From Porphyridium purpureum (taxonomy: Eukaryota): DNA of 64,000 nt. The notes beneath the pieces are model-generated. The model searched no databases. It saw only the letters and a list, made by a program, of their open reading frames with translations, and was not told where the DNA came from. The DNA is taken from positions 124,001-188,000 of the forward strand of contig VRMN01000001.1 of the NCBI GenBank assembly GCA_008690995.1, given 5' to 3'. Positions within the stretch are counted from its first letter, which is position 1. The number at the start of each line of letters is the position of its first letter. Made by a program: the position numbers and the translations under genes. Of the stretch, positions 1-13,032 are shown in pieces.

Positions 1-2870
1 CTCCTGGACCGTATGATTGGGCCAGTTGGGAAACTTGGTCAGCTTCTGTCGGGGCCGCAGGCGCAGGCACACACTGAAAATAAAGAAGTGCAGGTCCCGG
101 GAGGACATTTGGTCCACCGCTGGCTCTAGAAGATTTGGAGATCAAATATATGAATATAGAAGAACTGAAGGTATGGCAACAAGCCTACAAAGGTTCGGAC
201 TTTGCAAAGCAAGGCGATCCGCGCTTCGTAACTTGTTTCAGCAAACATTGTTGATTGCTTGACGATCACCCTGCTGTGAACCATATCGGGGATCACCTGG
301 AAGCGAAATAGACCAGCTCTGCCTTCGTGGGCGCAGCACAACTGTATCATGATCGCTTGTGGGTCGGAATTGTGAATGTGCTGGAAATCCAGAATGCTAT
401 GCGTAACCTCTTTTGCAACGGGATCGGTGCCTAGACCATTCGAATCTGCTTCGAGCACGCCAGGATGGTGAACCGCGAAAGCGTGTAATCTTTCAATCAG
501 CCATTGACTCAGCTTGCTTTGGCCCTGCCGGTCCCGCTAGGTGAATTGGGCTAAAGATTCGTTGCATCAAGGGACTACCCGAGTGCCTTCATGATTGCAT
601 TATATGCTGCAAGGCTCGTACACCAAAGCCGTTGCTGCAACAGCTACGCATCAAGAAGAGTGGCTCGCGGGCCGCACACCGGAGCTCAAGAAAGTGTCAA
701 TAAAGGCGATTGACATTTCCTTCACTTTGATGGCCGGTTGACGTAAGCATGAGTAACAGGAACTCTTGTTCCTTCCACTGGAGGATCTTGTAACAGACGC
801 CAAAGCAGGTGAGGTCGTCATTGATGCAGTGGATCATGTTCTGCCTACCTAATCACCGATTGTCCGTTTCCACACAACAGTACCTTCTCTTAAGCCCCCG
901 GGCCCGACAAATAACCCACACTCGGTTGGACATAGGGCTGGCCCGGCCTTCTACTATTTCAGTCCGTCACAACATGCGGACTTCGAGACAAAAGATCGCA
1001 AGAGCGATCACGTGGGAGAGTCTAGAGTAAAATGGGGAGAAGGAGGACGGATGAGACAGAAAAGTGCCCGACCATCCGCTGCTAGAGCTATAAGTGGCGA
1101 GGCCACCGCTTCCTGTCAAGCACCTTCTAGCTCTTCGAACAGAGCCTTTTCCACGAATGTTGGCCCAGCCCCGGTGTCAACCTTAGACTCAAAAGTCACC
1201 TCTCCGCGGGACGTTGGCAACGCAACTGGTATACGAATCGGCAGTTGGTTCATTTTCGAGTCCATCACTTCAGTCTCAATCGCATCTGACTCTTCCAATT
1301 GATGTTCTATTTGATGAGCCGGCCCGGACCAAATGTAATCATTTTCGTCTGGCGGCCCCAATTCCACAGTATCAATGGATTCCGGCGGGACTACCAATGT
1401 TGAAACGGTGGAGTCTAGCGCCCCAACTCATTGTGAACCCAGAAGGTCGATTTTCCATCAGGACAATCTTTTTTTTGGTGACCAATTTTGTAGCGACCAC
1501 AACACTCAGCTACAGCGGATCTCGACGACTGTCTCGTCGCTTATTGAACATACCTGGGCTTTACAGCTTGTTGTGCTAGAGGCATCAGAACCACTTTAGG
1601 AGCAAGAGCAAAACCATTCACTGTAGGATTTGGCATTTGACTTGGGCTTCTCCATTGGGGTTGCACCGGTGTCACAATTGTCGGCGCTCCCAAGGCATCG
1701 ACTTGTGCATGGATTGACCATGATCCTTCCACTCGATGCGATGCACCTTCCTCGTCTTTCACTGGCAGGTGGCCACCTCGCCGCCTGGCCAAGTATAGAG
1801 CGTTCTTTCGTACCACCCAAACCGCTTCAGCAAAGCTCGCACCGACCATCAAAGATTATACCTTCAAAATTGACGGAAGTCCCGTCAAGAAGCGGATTTT
1901 AATATCTCGATCCTCTGGAACGACAGCTTGACGTGTGGATGATTCCGAAACTTTTGCGGCATAGTCTCCCACTGACTGCTTGTCACTCAGACGCAGGTTT
2001 TTGCATCGAAGCTTGAAGTCTACTTGAAACACAGAATCATAAAAACCTGAGTTTCATCTGAGTGCAGGATTTATACCGGGTCTTTCGTTGGGTAATGAGT
2101 GGTCAATTGCCACATATACCGTTTTGTATGACAATCAAACGAGCACCCCAACCAATTAAGCGCTTTGCTCTAGCTTCACGTGAGGCGTACCAACCGGCGG
2201 CTACGTCCTCCAGAGCTTTAAAATCCGTCCCCTGATCATCAAAAATGGCAATCTCTTCTGAGATCCGTACACCGTCAAACTCTCCACGCCACAGCGTTGC
2301 TCGATCCATATGTACCCTTACACTTGCGTTCGCAGGACCACCCGTGGTGCCCTCGAATTGAAACGATACAGGCACGGTCTGAGCCGGCTCCACCGTCTGT
2401 GCATGAGCACCGACCTCTCCATGACTACCAGGCAACCATGAAGCCTCTCGTTTCGCAGCTAGACCCTGAACTGCAGCCAATAGCTTCTCACATTGCTCCC
2501 TTGTGGGTGTGGTACCACCGTCTTCTTCGGTGGTTGCTTCTTGGAGATCAACCATATTAACCCTGTACCCAAATACCGCAGTCTCCTGCCCAGACAATCG
2601 GATATCCCGCGACTCCTGATGATCGTTCAGCCACTTGGTCTTTGGTGCTTCACTTGCCAACCCTGAACAAGTGGCCACTTTGAAGTCATGTCACCGAGAG
2701 GGGGCTGTCCCTTGTTGGCCTTACTAGGTTTTCCCTATCTCTCAACCTTTTCTTCTTTTTCCCCCTTTCCTTAAACTTTTGTGGAAGTAAATTGGTTTTG
2801 GCCTTGTCCGCCCACTGAACAAAGCTAGTGTGTTGTGGGTCTCAGGCTGACCCAAAAAGTCATACCACCA
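1..2870 (-). mobile_element. Highly degenerate, internally deleted LTR-retroelement relic (probably Ty3/Gypsy-like)
   Basis: The minus-strand 1116..1397 frame contains an aspartic-protease-like 'FESKVDTGAGPTFV'. There is a Gag-like ORF at 2103..2678, integrase-core-like remnants at about 540-780 and a possible PBS TGGTGGTATGAC (reverse complement of 2859-2870). Many stops; boundaries are uncertain. Confidence 0.35.
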
Positions 2871-2932
2871 CTTCGGGAGTGCGGAAGGCCTGAATCCTGC
2901 GTCCAGGTGGCCTTTTGTCGGAACATTCTAGA

Positions 2933-3826
2933 TGTTGGTACCGATGTACTTGTCTGCCGGAGGTAGGCGCTCCTGTGCGCGAGCGGGGAAATTTAGTTAT
3001 GGCGAGTTTGCGGCTTTTTGGGTGTAAAAGCGTGGTCTGGCGAGCGACCCGGCGGCAGCGTGACGGCAAATGGAGGAGGCCCCGGATTCAGGGAGTGAAA
3101 AGCGTAACTTTGCACTGTCAAGTATGAAGTTTTTGGTTTACTTCAGCGAACATTTCAGCAGTGAAAGAAGTGTTAACATAGTGGACTGCCGCAGCAATGT
3201 ACCGTGCGATACAGTGTACACCAATCGGGCGGGAGCATAGCTCAAGCAGTAGAGGAATACGTCCTCCTCGATGGCCAATGGAGTGGTGCGGCGATCGAGC
3301 TCACGCGAACGTGCTGTCCGTGGGCGTGTGAGGGATGTGGCAGTGCCGCAGTAACTAACAAATACAGCTTTATCGGTAGTCGATGAGCACGATCCAAGAA
3401 AACACTCCTTACCCGAAAGAGTGGGTCAGTGAGACCGTCCGCGCTCTCCGCCCGCTTATCGTCGCGGCGCGGTCCTCTACCCAAACTGTACACAACCACC
3501 AGGTGTACACCTAGTATGCGCAACACAAGCACGTAATGGCAGTACGAGATTGGGAAGCGGGGTTGGCGAATTCAGGACCGAAGGCGGTAGTCGAGCGACA
3601 TTCAGGATAGTGGCGGCCAATATGGTCTTTGACTTGAAGGCGAAGTAGAGAATGTAGAGCAGCACGGAAACTGCGATTCCTTTAGGATCTAGCTTAAAGG
3701 GAAACTCTCTTCCGTGGTGTGATAAAAAAGGGTGCTATTGTAAACAACAGAGTCTCTCATTTATTGGGCCTATTTGGTCAGTTGGAAGTGCACGTGGGTG
3801 CACGTGATCTCATACGCCCTTCTAAT
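2933..3826 (+). repeat. 5' LTR of the degenerate element, interrupted by a solo LTR of another family
   Basis: It ends immediately before the PBS-like motif. 3538-3826 is clearly similar to 11944-12265 (shared ACAGAGTCTCTCATTTATTGGGC..ATTTGGTCAGTTGGAAGTGCAC). The left boundary is approximate. Confidence 0.6.
3248..3525 (-). mobile_element. Solo LTR of the self-priming Copia family (28137-33995)
   Basis: The reverse complement aligns end-to-end with the 278-bp LTR at 28137-28414, with substitutions. Flanked by 5-bp TSD CAAGC (3243-3247, 3526-3530). Termini TGTTG...CTACT. Confidence 0.95.
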
Positions 3827-6800
3827 GTTTATGAGCCCTGCATCTGACACTGTGGAGAAGTGAAAATGGAGGAAACGCAGAGCAAGGATCTGGCATTATA
3901 CCGTACCTGCTCAGAAAGCACGAACCAGATGGATTACGAAGACCAGTCCGGTCCAGGAGCACCGCCGACGCCTCAGCAGGTGCGTCTGAGCACGTAACAG
4001 ATGCTCGAGGCCCGTCCCCTAGGGCAGAAGTCTTGGCTCTCAGAGGAGCCTGTTGCAATGTAGGCGCAGTTATCGGACCGATGGCAAGGGTGGGTGCGTG
4101 CCGTGAAAGAGCAGCACCAGGCACACGTCCGGACAGCACATGGGGCTGTACAACACCAGTATCAAGAACGTATGATGAGCTTGCAGGCCTCGCTGAAGGA
4201 GAAGCGTGTAGAGCTCAACCGCGTCAGACAGATGCAGGACGCTACAGCTAGACAGGTCGGACGCGCTGCCAAAACGTTTTCGGAGCCCGCTCAATTTGCA
4301 CGGACGATCCCGTATGGCGGCTCTAGAGATTTAACTGCCATCCTGATGTAGCAGAATGCTGCTCGAGAAAGGGTGCTCGAGCCCTTCAAGAACCCTTGAC
4401 GCGTGGATGGCCTACGTACTAGCGCTACGGTGGAAGCTCGCTTGGTCCGAGTTGCATCCACGTACCTGTACGGTGAAGCCATGCTATGGTATATGGATCT
4501 GGGCCCAAAGCCACAGCAGTTCGAAGGCTTCCTCGGGATGCTCATGGAGCAATGCTGCCCCGGTACCGCATACTACCAGGCTTGCGACGAGCTGGCTGCA
4601 CGTGTGCTGGACTCGAGGAGCATACAGGAGTACGAGGCAACATTCTCGGCCCTGATGTTACGTCTGCCCCGCCTCACGGAGGATGAAAAGATGGACAAGT
4701 TTAAATGCGGCTTGGCCACCCAAATTCGCGCCTTCATGCAGTTGGCCGAGCCAAAGAGGCTGCGCGAGACCATTCGGCAGGCCGTCAACACGGACGTGGC
4801 ACTGCATCCAGAACGCGCAAGGACTGCGTCAGCGGTCAGCATGCGATGCCATTTGTAGCCGCCTGAACGAATGGAGGTAGGCGCTGCCCAGATAATGCCC
4901 GCTGGATGGAGCGACGGAGGCACTGACTCTGCCAGATTAGGAGACGATGCTCGGCCGCTTAGCTTCAAGAAACGCGGTCAGTCGAAAGACACAACACACG
5001 ACAGGGCCAGGCGACCCACGCGACCTGGTCTTCGCATCATTCCGGCTGTCCGTCTCGAATGGGCGATGCCCCATGGCTCTGACGCCAGTGCCGGATCGGT
5101 ATGCTAATGCTGGAGTAGGCGTGGTCATATCGCTTGCGAATGCACAGCGACGGCCGTGCACTCGATGGAAGTCGAGGACTCCGACCTCGAGTTGAATGTC
5201 CTGGAGGACCGTCACTCCGACACCAAAATGGGTCCCGGCGATGGGCACGCTTGGTTCGCAAGCTTCTGGACACTGTATCATATCACTGCGCCCGTTGTAC
5301 CTTCTACGGGACCATCAGGTAGGATGGGGAATGATAGATACACTGTGGGACACCGTGGAACACAAAATGGCTTACTGAGGACTATTGCCATGGTCAACCG
5401 GTGCATGGTATATGCTATTGTGGACAGTGGGGCCAGCCATACGTTCATCTCTGCCGAGACAGCGGCCAGATGCGGAACAATACCGATCAAGAAGGGTTCG
5501 GGCAAGCCTCGCCTTGCACACAGCGACGAGATGGAGGCATATGGACGGTCGTTCGCGGACATAGCCGCTGCGGTCGCTATTTTTTGAAGCGTGGCCAATG
5601 GTTTTGCATGACTCGCCCCTGGAACGCATCCTTGCGCTCGACTTCATCCGCGAAGTAGGTTCAAGTTACAAGGTCACAGAGCTCCAGCTGCCGGTCGTCG
5701 AGGATACAAACAAGTCGATCGAGGATGAAATGAGCACCGGCAAGCAGGCGGAGCAAGATGTGTAGGGCCAGGGCAGCAGATTGGGGATCTCGGAATATCA
5801 GGCGGTGTCCACGAGTGACGAAGAAGGTGCCTGACGAAGCCGGCAGGTGCATGAGCACGCACTGCTGCGCTTTCCGGCGGATGACAAGTGCAACGTATGT
5901 TGCATAGCGAGGAAGCGACGAGCACGCGTCGTTCGCAGGGTACGGTCAGAGTCCACTAAATAGTCGTTGGAGTTCAACGACACTGTCTCAGTAGACTTGG
6001 TAGATCATGTACGGCCCTCAGTAAATATCTTTTCAGCCACTTGGATAAAGCAACCAAGTGCTTATAGGATACAGGCATATCCGACAAGACTACATCCTGT
6101 GCACTGAGGGCTTTTCAGGAGTTGCGACACGGAAGAGGATGGCCACACACTGTCAAATGTGACGACGGACGTGAGTTTCAGGGCGCATTGGAGGATATTC
6201 TGCGTAAAAACCTCGTCGCACAGGAGCTCGGAGTGCCCAACCGACCGAGTGCGCGTGCAACACATGAAAGACAGCCTGCAGACTTTAATGCTGGGATCCG
6301 AGCATAGCTTCTGCAAGCCGGTTTGCCCACAGAATGATACACATATGCAGTGCGCTACTGGACGCTCGCGAAAAACCTGCTATAGGAGCAGGACGGACAG
6401 ACCCCATTCCACCGACGTTTTGGGAAGCCAGGGACTGGGAAGTTGCCAGCCTTCGGCATGGGAGTCGTGGTGTACGACAACGCCAGAGACAGCAAGTCCG
6501 AATCAGCTGGTTGAATTGCAACAATGGTCGGCATTACCGTACCGAAACCATAGGGTGAACTTCTGCACGCTATCGTGCACGTGGTATTCGAAGACAACTT
6601 GAGCCCGGGTAGTATCAAGCGTGCACAAAAGTGGAAAGAGGTACCGGAGGCCCACCCACTGCGCAAACTGCGTCTCAGATCCCCGCACGAGCTGGAGTGC
6701 CTGTTCGACGCAGACCAAGCTGCGGGCTCCGGCGAGTCTGCCGATGTGGATACCTGTCACTAATGTGGCAGACCATGGGCAAAGATGCACCCGTAACCTG

Positions 6801-9723
6801 CGACAAATGCAGGCTTGGGAAGCGGCTTCGACTAAAGCACTTGGCTGAACCCGAGTGCGCCACAAGACACTGCAAATGCCCTAGAAACTCCGATGGCACC
6901 CTCGTATGGATTGAACGAGAAGTGGTCGAGTCACGTGGACAGAATGTACGGTGGATGGATGCCAAAGGCGCTGCATTGAAAGCAGGATTTGGCAAATGGG
7001 GGACCGCGATGGAGAGATAGCTGTCGCGAGCACGCCGACGACCTCGCACTCAATAGCCGCGTTCCTGGCGACCTACGCAGCCGCGCGTTCTGTATCGGTT
7101 TGCTGGCTAAGCAGGGCGCTGCACCTCCAATATGTATATTTTCGGGCCCAAGATGCTCCGTTCACCACGTCCGGCAGAAGGAGGGTAGCCCCGACAGCGT
7201 TCGAGGCCGACATACTGCCGTTTGGGTCGTCGGCGAGGGCCACGGATGGGTGAAACGCATGGCAGAAGGAGCCAAAGACCCTGTATGAACTTGGAGTGCT
7301 CCAATTCGAAAGTGCTGTGGAGCACGACGCTGTCGCGCGCCAGATGGGGGCCCGATTTGTGAAGCTCAAGGGCATCATGGCAATCAAGAATGCGGAGATG
7401 CCAGCTGAGTATCGAAAGCGCAAGTTTAGAAGTGTTGCGTATGGCTGCATTGTGAAGGAGGGCGATGGTAGACTAGCAGAGCCAGACCCATTTCCGTACG
7501 ACAAGCCACCGGGGCTCATGAGCATCAGAGCCTTCATGAGCTACTGAATCCATACCTTTGCCCAGGACGCGGATGCAGCATTATTCGATGTCGATTCGGC
7601 CTACCTGCACGCCCAGCTTGGTGACAGACAGACGTACAGGGAACTGTCGGCCATGATGCCGCATTTGGAAGGTGCGCTAACAAAGCGCGCAGGGTCGAAA
7701 CTGCCGTCGATAAAACAACCGGTGCTGCGATAACCATTGTCGCTGAATGGACTGGCAAGGTCAGGGTCGGACTTTGCTGCGCGTGCCAGATGACAGCTGG
7801 TGGAGAAACGCTGGCGCGAGTCGAAGACCGATTCGAACGTCTACTGGAGGCGCGGCAGAGAATGCTGCATTACTATTCTGGTGTTGTATGTGGATGACGG
7901 TGCGCTGTTCGTGCATTGAGATAGTGTGCGAGCTCTAGCGAGGGAGCTCCGGACATCTGCCACCATCTCAAAAGATATGAAATACGTGTCCTGCACATCG
8001 AGTGAGAATCCCATCCGGTACCTGGGCGTGTCTAAATACGCAAGAGGTCAAAGTTGAACTCTGGAATCGACCGACTAGGGAATGCACGTGGTCACAGATA
8101 CACCACAATGTCGTCAGCGTAGCAAGCCGCCAAAATATAGAATCGAACCGAATACGGAGTTGCGATTGTGCCCTGACGGTGTGTGCAAAATTGTTGGACA
8201 GTTACTCTGGCTCTCGAGGATGACGAGACCCGAAGCTGCTCGTGTTGTGGCACAGGTTGCATGATGCCTGGATAGATGAAAAGCGTTAGCCAAGGATGTC
8301 CTTGAAAACGTTCTCCGGTACCTAGCAAAGCACCAGCACGTGCTAATGAAGTATGACTTGTCTGCGTCGGCGCACGGCAGCATAGCCGTCGAGTGCATGG
8401 CGGACGCTGGCTTCGATCTGGGCACGTCCACATCCGGTTACTTGCTTTTCACAATGTGTGGTGGAATAAAGCACTTTGTGCCATGGTGCTGAAGGCGTCA
8501 GAGGCGAGTGGCCGCTTCGACAGTCGAGGCTCAGCTGGTCACGATACACGCAGCGGTGCAGGGTGATGTGTTTCCTGTCGGCGTGTTGTCGGAAGAGGTG
8601 CGTGGCAGGCGGTCGACAACAGTTCTGCGCCCGCATAACGAGGCTGCCTTGAAAGCAGTGGACGGCGATCCTACCAATGCTCTGACCCATGCAAGCAAGA
8701 CGCAAAACATTAGCTTGCGGTGACTGTGTGAGGTGGGGCGGGATGGGCTCGTACACTATGGACACGTGGCCACGAGAGCCAATCTGGCAGATGCTATGAC
8801 AGAGCCTCTCGTTGCCGATGTGTTCCTTGCTCACATGTGCCATTATGGATTGTGGAGTCAAGCGTTCTTCGCATCTGTTGGAAATGCTACCGAGCGAGCG
8901 CCGTCTCCTGAGCCATCGGCAGGCACCGGGACCAGCTAGTTTACAATCGGAAAAGTGTGAGGATGTAACGGTTAAGGGGCGTCGTGTTAGGTTTTGAGGT
9001 CATCTTGTTACAGCGAATTCGCAACGAAATCCCTAGATTTAGGTGATTGAGGGTGGTCATGGATTTTTCCTCAGCGGGTTCGCTTTTTACCATGATTCCA
9101 TCAATGTGTGCTATTGTTTCACATGAATTTGCCCGATTTACTATCCACCGTGGGCGAACAACCCAAAAGGGGGCGCTTGGAAGTAAATTGGGGTTTGACC
9201 TTGTCTGCCCACTGATTACAGCTAGTGAACCTCCGCTGTACTGTGTTGCGGCCGCGAGGGAAACTAAACAACCAGGAACCGCCTTATCCGCGCCCGCTCC
9301 CTCCAGTGGCCTGGCGGCAACCCCAACCACCGAAGAATCCCCTCAAGCCAATGTTTACGAGTTAAATCAGCCTTCCTCTAGCTCCACCCCTCTGACTCTC
9401 TTCCTGACGCTCCAACCAAGAGTCTTTTTTACATATTCATATTTTTATACCCGCTGGCGTCCAAACATGTCCGCGCTGTCTCACGTCGCAGCGCCGACAC
9501 GTGTCCGCTTCCATTCGCCAACACTTTGCGCGCGAGCGCATCGCCCATCCTCTCCAGCCTCTCCTCCCGTCTCAGCTCCACCTTGCCCTTCCTACTCCCA
9601 CCTCTGCTGCTTCGGAAAGGCCCGCTCGTATTCACCCTCCGCCTGCCGCTTGCGCTAAACTCCATTCATCCCTTTGCAACAAGTGTACCGTTTGATACAG
9701 TATACAACCGTCGGACAGGTGTA

Positions 9724-11117
9724 AAGCAAGTGGCAATCAATTAAAAGCGCCCCTACTTTTTCACTTTTTCCAACAAAAAAGATAATTTTACGGCAAAGCG
9801 ACAGAAGGTCGACCTTGCCGTGGCCGTTGCAAGCGTCCAAACGATTAAAAACACAACAGGCAAACACGCATTCCAAGCTTTACAGCGCGTGGAGTTAAGC
9901 CCGCGGCGGGGCAAAATCATGGGCAAGGCGTCAAGCCTCGTTGAATGAGAACAGGGCGTCATTGCTGCTTTGGTTGCTGACCGTCACTAATCGCAGGTTA
10001 TCGCGGACCGACTGGGACGATCTCGCTCAGTAACGGTCGTGAGGAACTATTTGAAACGCCCGGAACAGTACGGCAAACGGGGACCGAATCAAAATGCTGG
10101 AAAACGGACACCTTACCTGCGCCCAAGGATTGAGAATGTCCTGAAAACAAAGCCATTGTCTAGGGCAAACCAGGTGCACGCAGGCATCTTGTCAACACGT
10201 GCCAAGCCAGCCTCAGTACAAACGGTCCGCCGTGTCTTTCGAAATGGGCACATGTGGAAGAAGTGCAAGAAAACGCCGCATTTGTAGGATCACCATCGAC
10301 AAGCTCGTGTCAAATTTGTGCTCGATCACCACTGGAAACGAGAAGAATGCCGAGATGTCGTGTTTACAGACGAGAAAAAGTGGAATTTGGACAGTCCTGA
10401 TGGCTCGAAATTCTATTGGGCGGGTCTGGAGGACAAACCAGCCGTCCGTTTGAGTCGTGTTTGTGGTGGACAGAGCTTGATGGACTGGGAAGCGATAGCC
10501 GGCGACGGAAAGCTTACTGTCTTGTTCACAAAAGACTACTCCTCGGGCGGCGCGACTGCCGCAAAATACGTGGAAATGTTGGACAGGTCTCGAGTCATTG
10601 TGAAGGCTAAATAAAAGATTGGATACTTCAAATTCATGCGGGACGAGGCCGCTTCCCACAGGGCCAAAATCACGACTGACTGGTTGCAACGCAAAAACAT
10701 AGAGGTTCAAGATTGGCTCGCGCTTGCGCCAGACCTGAATCCAATTGAGAATGTATGGGGCCATTTGACAGGTCAGGGTTACCGTGGATGCAAGCAGTAT
10801 TCTGGTGTGAAAAGCTACGAGAGGTCGGCGAGGATTCGTGGGAGAAAATGGAGGATTGCTTCGTCAGAGACCTGTATGACAGCATGTCGAAGCGGATCAT
10901 TGAAGTGGCTTTGGTGCAAGGAAAGACAGGCCGCTTCTAGAACTTGATTTTATCTTTCAATCTTCTGGTGAATGTGCTCAACCTTCGCTGCCTTTAATCG
11001 TTTATCACTTCCTTTTCGCGCCAAACAGTCGACCTTCACCAAGTTTTGACAAAGTTTACCTTTTTTGTTAGAAAAATTAAAAAAGTACGGTTGTTTTACA
11101 TTGATTGTTGCTTACTG
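9724..11117 (+). mobile_element. Degenerate Tc1/mariner DNA transposon
   Basis: TA flanks at 9722-23 and 11118-19. Diverged about 90-bp terminal inverted repeats (ending in GAAGGTCGAC / GTCGACCTTC). Transposase motifs VVFTDEKKWNLDSPDG and APDLNPIENVWG. Confidence 0.9.
9919..10940 (+). pseudogene. Tc1-family DD34E transposase pseudogene
   Basis: Starts MGKASSL with an early TGA. Fragments 10039..10287, 10318..10614, 10636..10947 and 10755..10940 carry Tc1 motifs separated by stops and a frameshift. Confidence 0.9.
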
Positions 11118-11688
11118 TATACGTGAATGAAAGCTTCGCACCGAGCACCTGGCGTCCGCGACTGCTGCTCTATTCAACCACACAGAAGTTATTTGCTCAC
11201 AACCGAACCTTTATTATGCAGCCTGTCGGCAAACGAACCACGATCACTATTTACTTGACCGAACTGAACCGAGATGAACGCTACCGATGACAACCGCTGT
11301 GAAATAGACCTTTGCGCATGCCAAGCTCGCTCCTCACGCATCGGCGCACCTCACACACACGTGCATATCTGCTCGACGCACTATACCATACGCTTCTTAA
11401 TATAGTTCCGCGCACGGGAGGAGCCACTTTTATTCCTCGGACAGCAGAAAAAGAATTCTCTTTACATCCCTTGGCGGCAAAAAGATATGAACCTACCTCC
11501 TCGCCCTTACTTCACACCGGCCGTTTCGTCCGCTCTGGTTCTAAAGTGCCACTCGCTTGAGCGAACGGGCCTGTTTTCTCCTTGTGTCACGCACGTCGAC
11601 CATGATACGCTGGACGCTCATTCGTGCACACCCTGCCAAGTGTACAGCACCGATGTATTCTCTTGCCAACATTTGTGCCAACAGTATA

Positions 11689-12266
11689 TGTTGTAGAGTA
11701 AGGAACTGGCCTGAAGTACTGTGGCGATCGTCGGCTCATACACGAGTCGTTGGTTGCGGGGAAAAACCTGGCCATCAGCAGCAAAAACAATAGCCGTCTG
11801 TTGGTCAAAGTGAAGGAGTGAGGGGCAAGGATTTAGAAAGTGAAGAATCCGCTTCTGCACCGTATAGTAAAAGTGTTCGGGTATTTCGCAAAAGCCTTTC
11901 TGAGCGTGGCGTGCGCTTCAATAGTTTAGCGTAAGAACTCAGCGGCAGTGTGAGATTGGGAAGGGGCATTAGCGAATGTGGCAAGGTGTACAAGTGCGCG
12001 ACCGTCCACAGTCACTGTGTACGAATTCAGGACCCGACGCGGTGGTCAAGCGGCCTCTGGGACCGCAGCGACTGTGACGGTGTTTGACTTGAAGGCGCGG
12101 TATAAAATGAGGAGCAGAACGGAAGCTGCGATCAATTTTGGACCTAGCTTCAGCGGTGTGATGGAAAATGGTGCTAGTGTGAAGAACAGAGTCTCTCATT
12201 TATTGGGCATATTTGGTCAGTTGGAAGTGCACAGGGATCCATGTGATCTCAGACTTCTCTCCAACA
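11689..12266 (+). repeat. Isolated LTR related to the 2933-3826 LTR
   Basis: Terminal inverted repeat TGTTGTAGAG...CTCTCCAACA. Internal similarity to 3110-3826. The 3' end CTCTCCAA matches the end of the intact Myb-element LTR. No TSD found. Confidence 0.7.
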
Positions 12267-13032
12267 CTTTTCTTTTTAATAAGCTGCTTCTCTACTTTCT
12301 GCTAGCTTGAACAGAGGGCCTCGCACAACCGACCCTTTTTTACCATAATCCTCACCCCAGAGATCCTTTGACCTCGGTAATTCGCACCCGGGAGGAGGAC
12401 ACCTCGCGCCCAAGAGCGCATCTGGGAGTGCGCTCGAAGCACCGACGCCGGGTTCGTCGTTTGCACGCCGGCGCTTTAAAGCAGCGCGCTCCAGCTCAGC
12501 TCAGCTTCGGCGTTTCGACACAGCCGCCTTCACCGACTGCAACAACTTTCCGGTACAGTACAGTGCTTGCTGTACCTCGACGTTTGGCCAGGTCGGACGC
12601 GGGAGTAGCAGGCCAGGCAGCCGAGCAGACCGCTGCCGCCTTTTGTATTTGTACGAGCCCGGCTTTCTGCAGGTATGAGGCTGCATGTCGGCGCCGGTGA
12701 CTTGCTGGGTGCCGCCGTGGCGCATGTGTTGCGGTGGCGAAGAATTCCTCGGTGAACCGTGGGGGTACAAGAGTTTCACAGTTCCGGACAAGGCCCAGAC
12801 GCTGCGAGCTCGGTAATGCAGTTTGTGTCGACACATCATGCTGTCATCTGCACGTCAGCGTAAATGGGCGCCTTATGCGCAAATCCTAATTTGCCGGTGA
12901 GCGTGATTCGGCGCCGTTTCCACGCATTGCTTTGACTCTCGAGACCAGCCGTTCTCCTTCCAATGATTCCTGCCTCATGAGGCACTAGAAGCCGACAACA
13001 CTCTGTTTATTCTGCGCTCTGGTTTAACACGT

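Larger units (their letters stand above)
2933..8880 (+). mobile_element. Degenerate relative of the Myb-bearing Gypsy-Gag/Copia-Pol LTR retrotransposon (same group as 39885-45447)
   Basis: Fragments are collinear with the 1530-aa ORF: gag 4403..4858 (YLYGEAMLWY, SIQEYEATFSAL, HPERARTA), protease 'VNRCMVYAIVDSGASHTFIS', integrase 'RGWPHTVKCDDGREF', Myb about 6950-7110, RT 'FVKLKGIMAIKNAE...DKPPGLMSIRA', RNase H 'AASTVEAQL...NLADAMTEPL'. PBS-like GTTTATGAGCCC at 3827-3838. Many frameshifts and stops. Confidence 0.85.

Noticed and set aside
11689..12266. Cognate 3' LTR of the 2.9-8.9 kb element
   Set aside because: It is strongly diverged from the 5' LTR, about 2.8 kb from the pol end, and has no PPT or shared TSD, so it cannot be paired.
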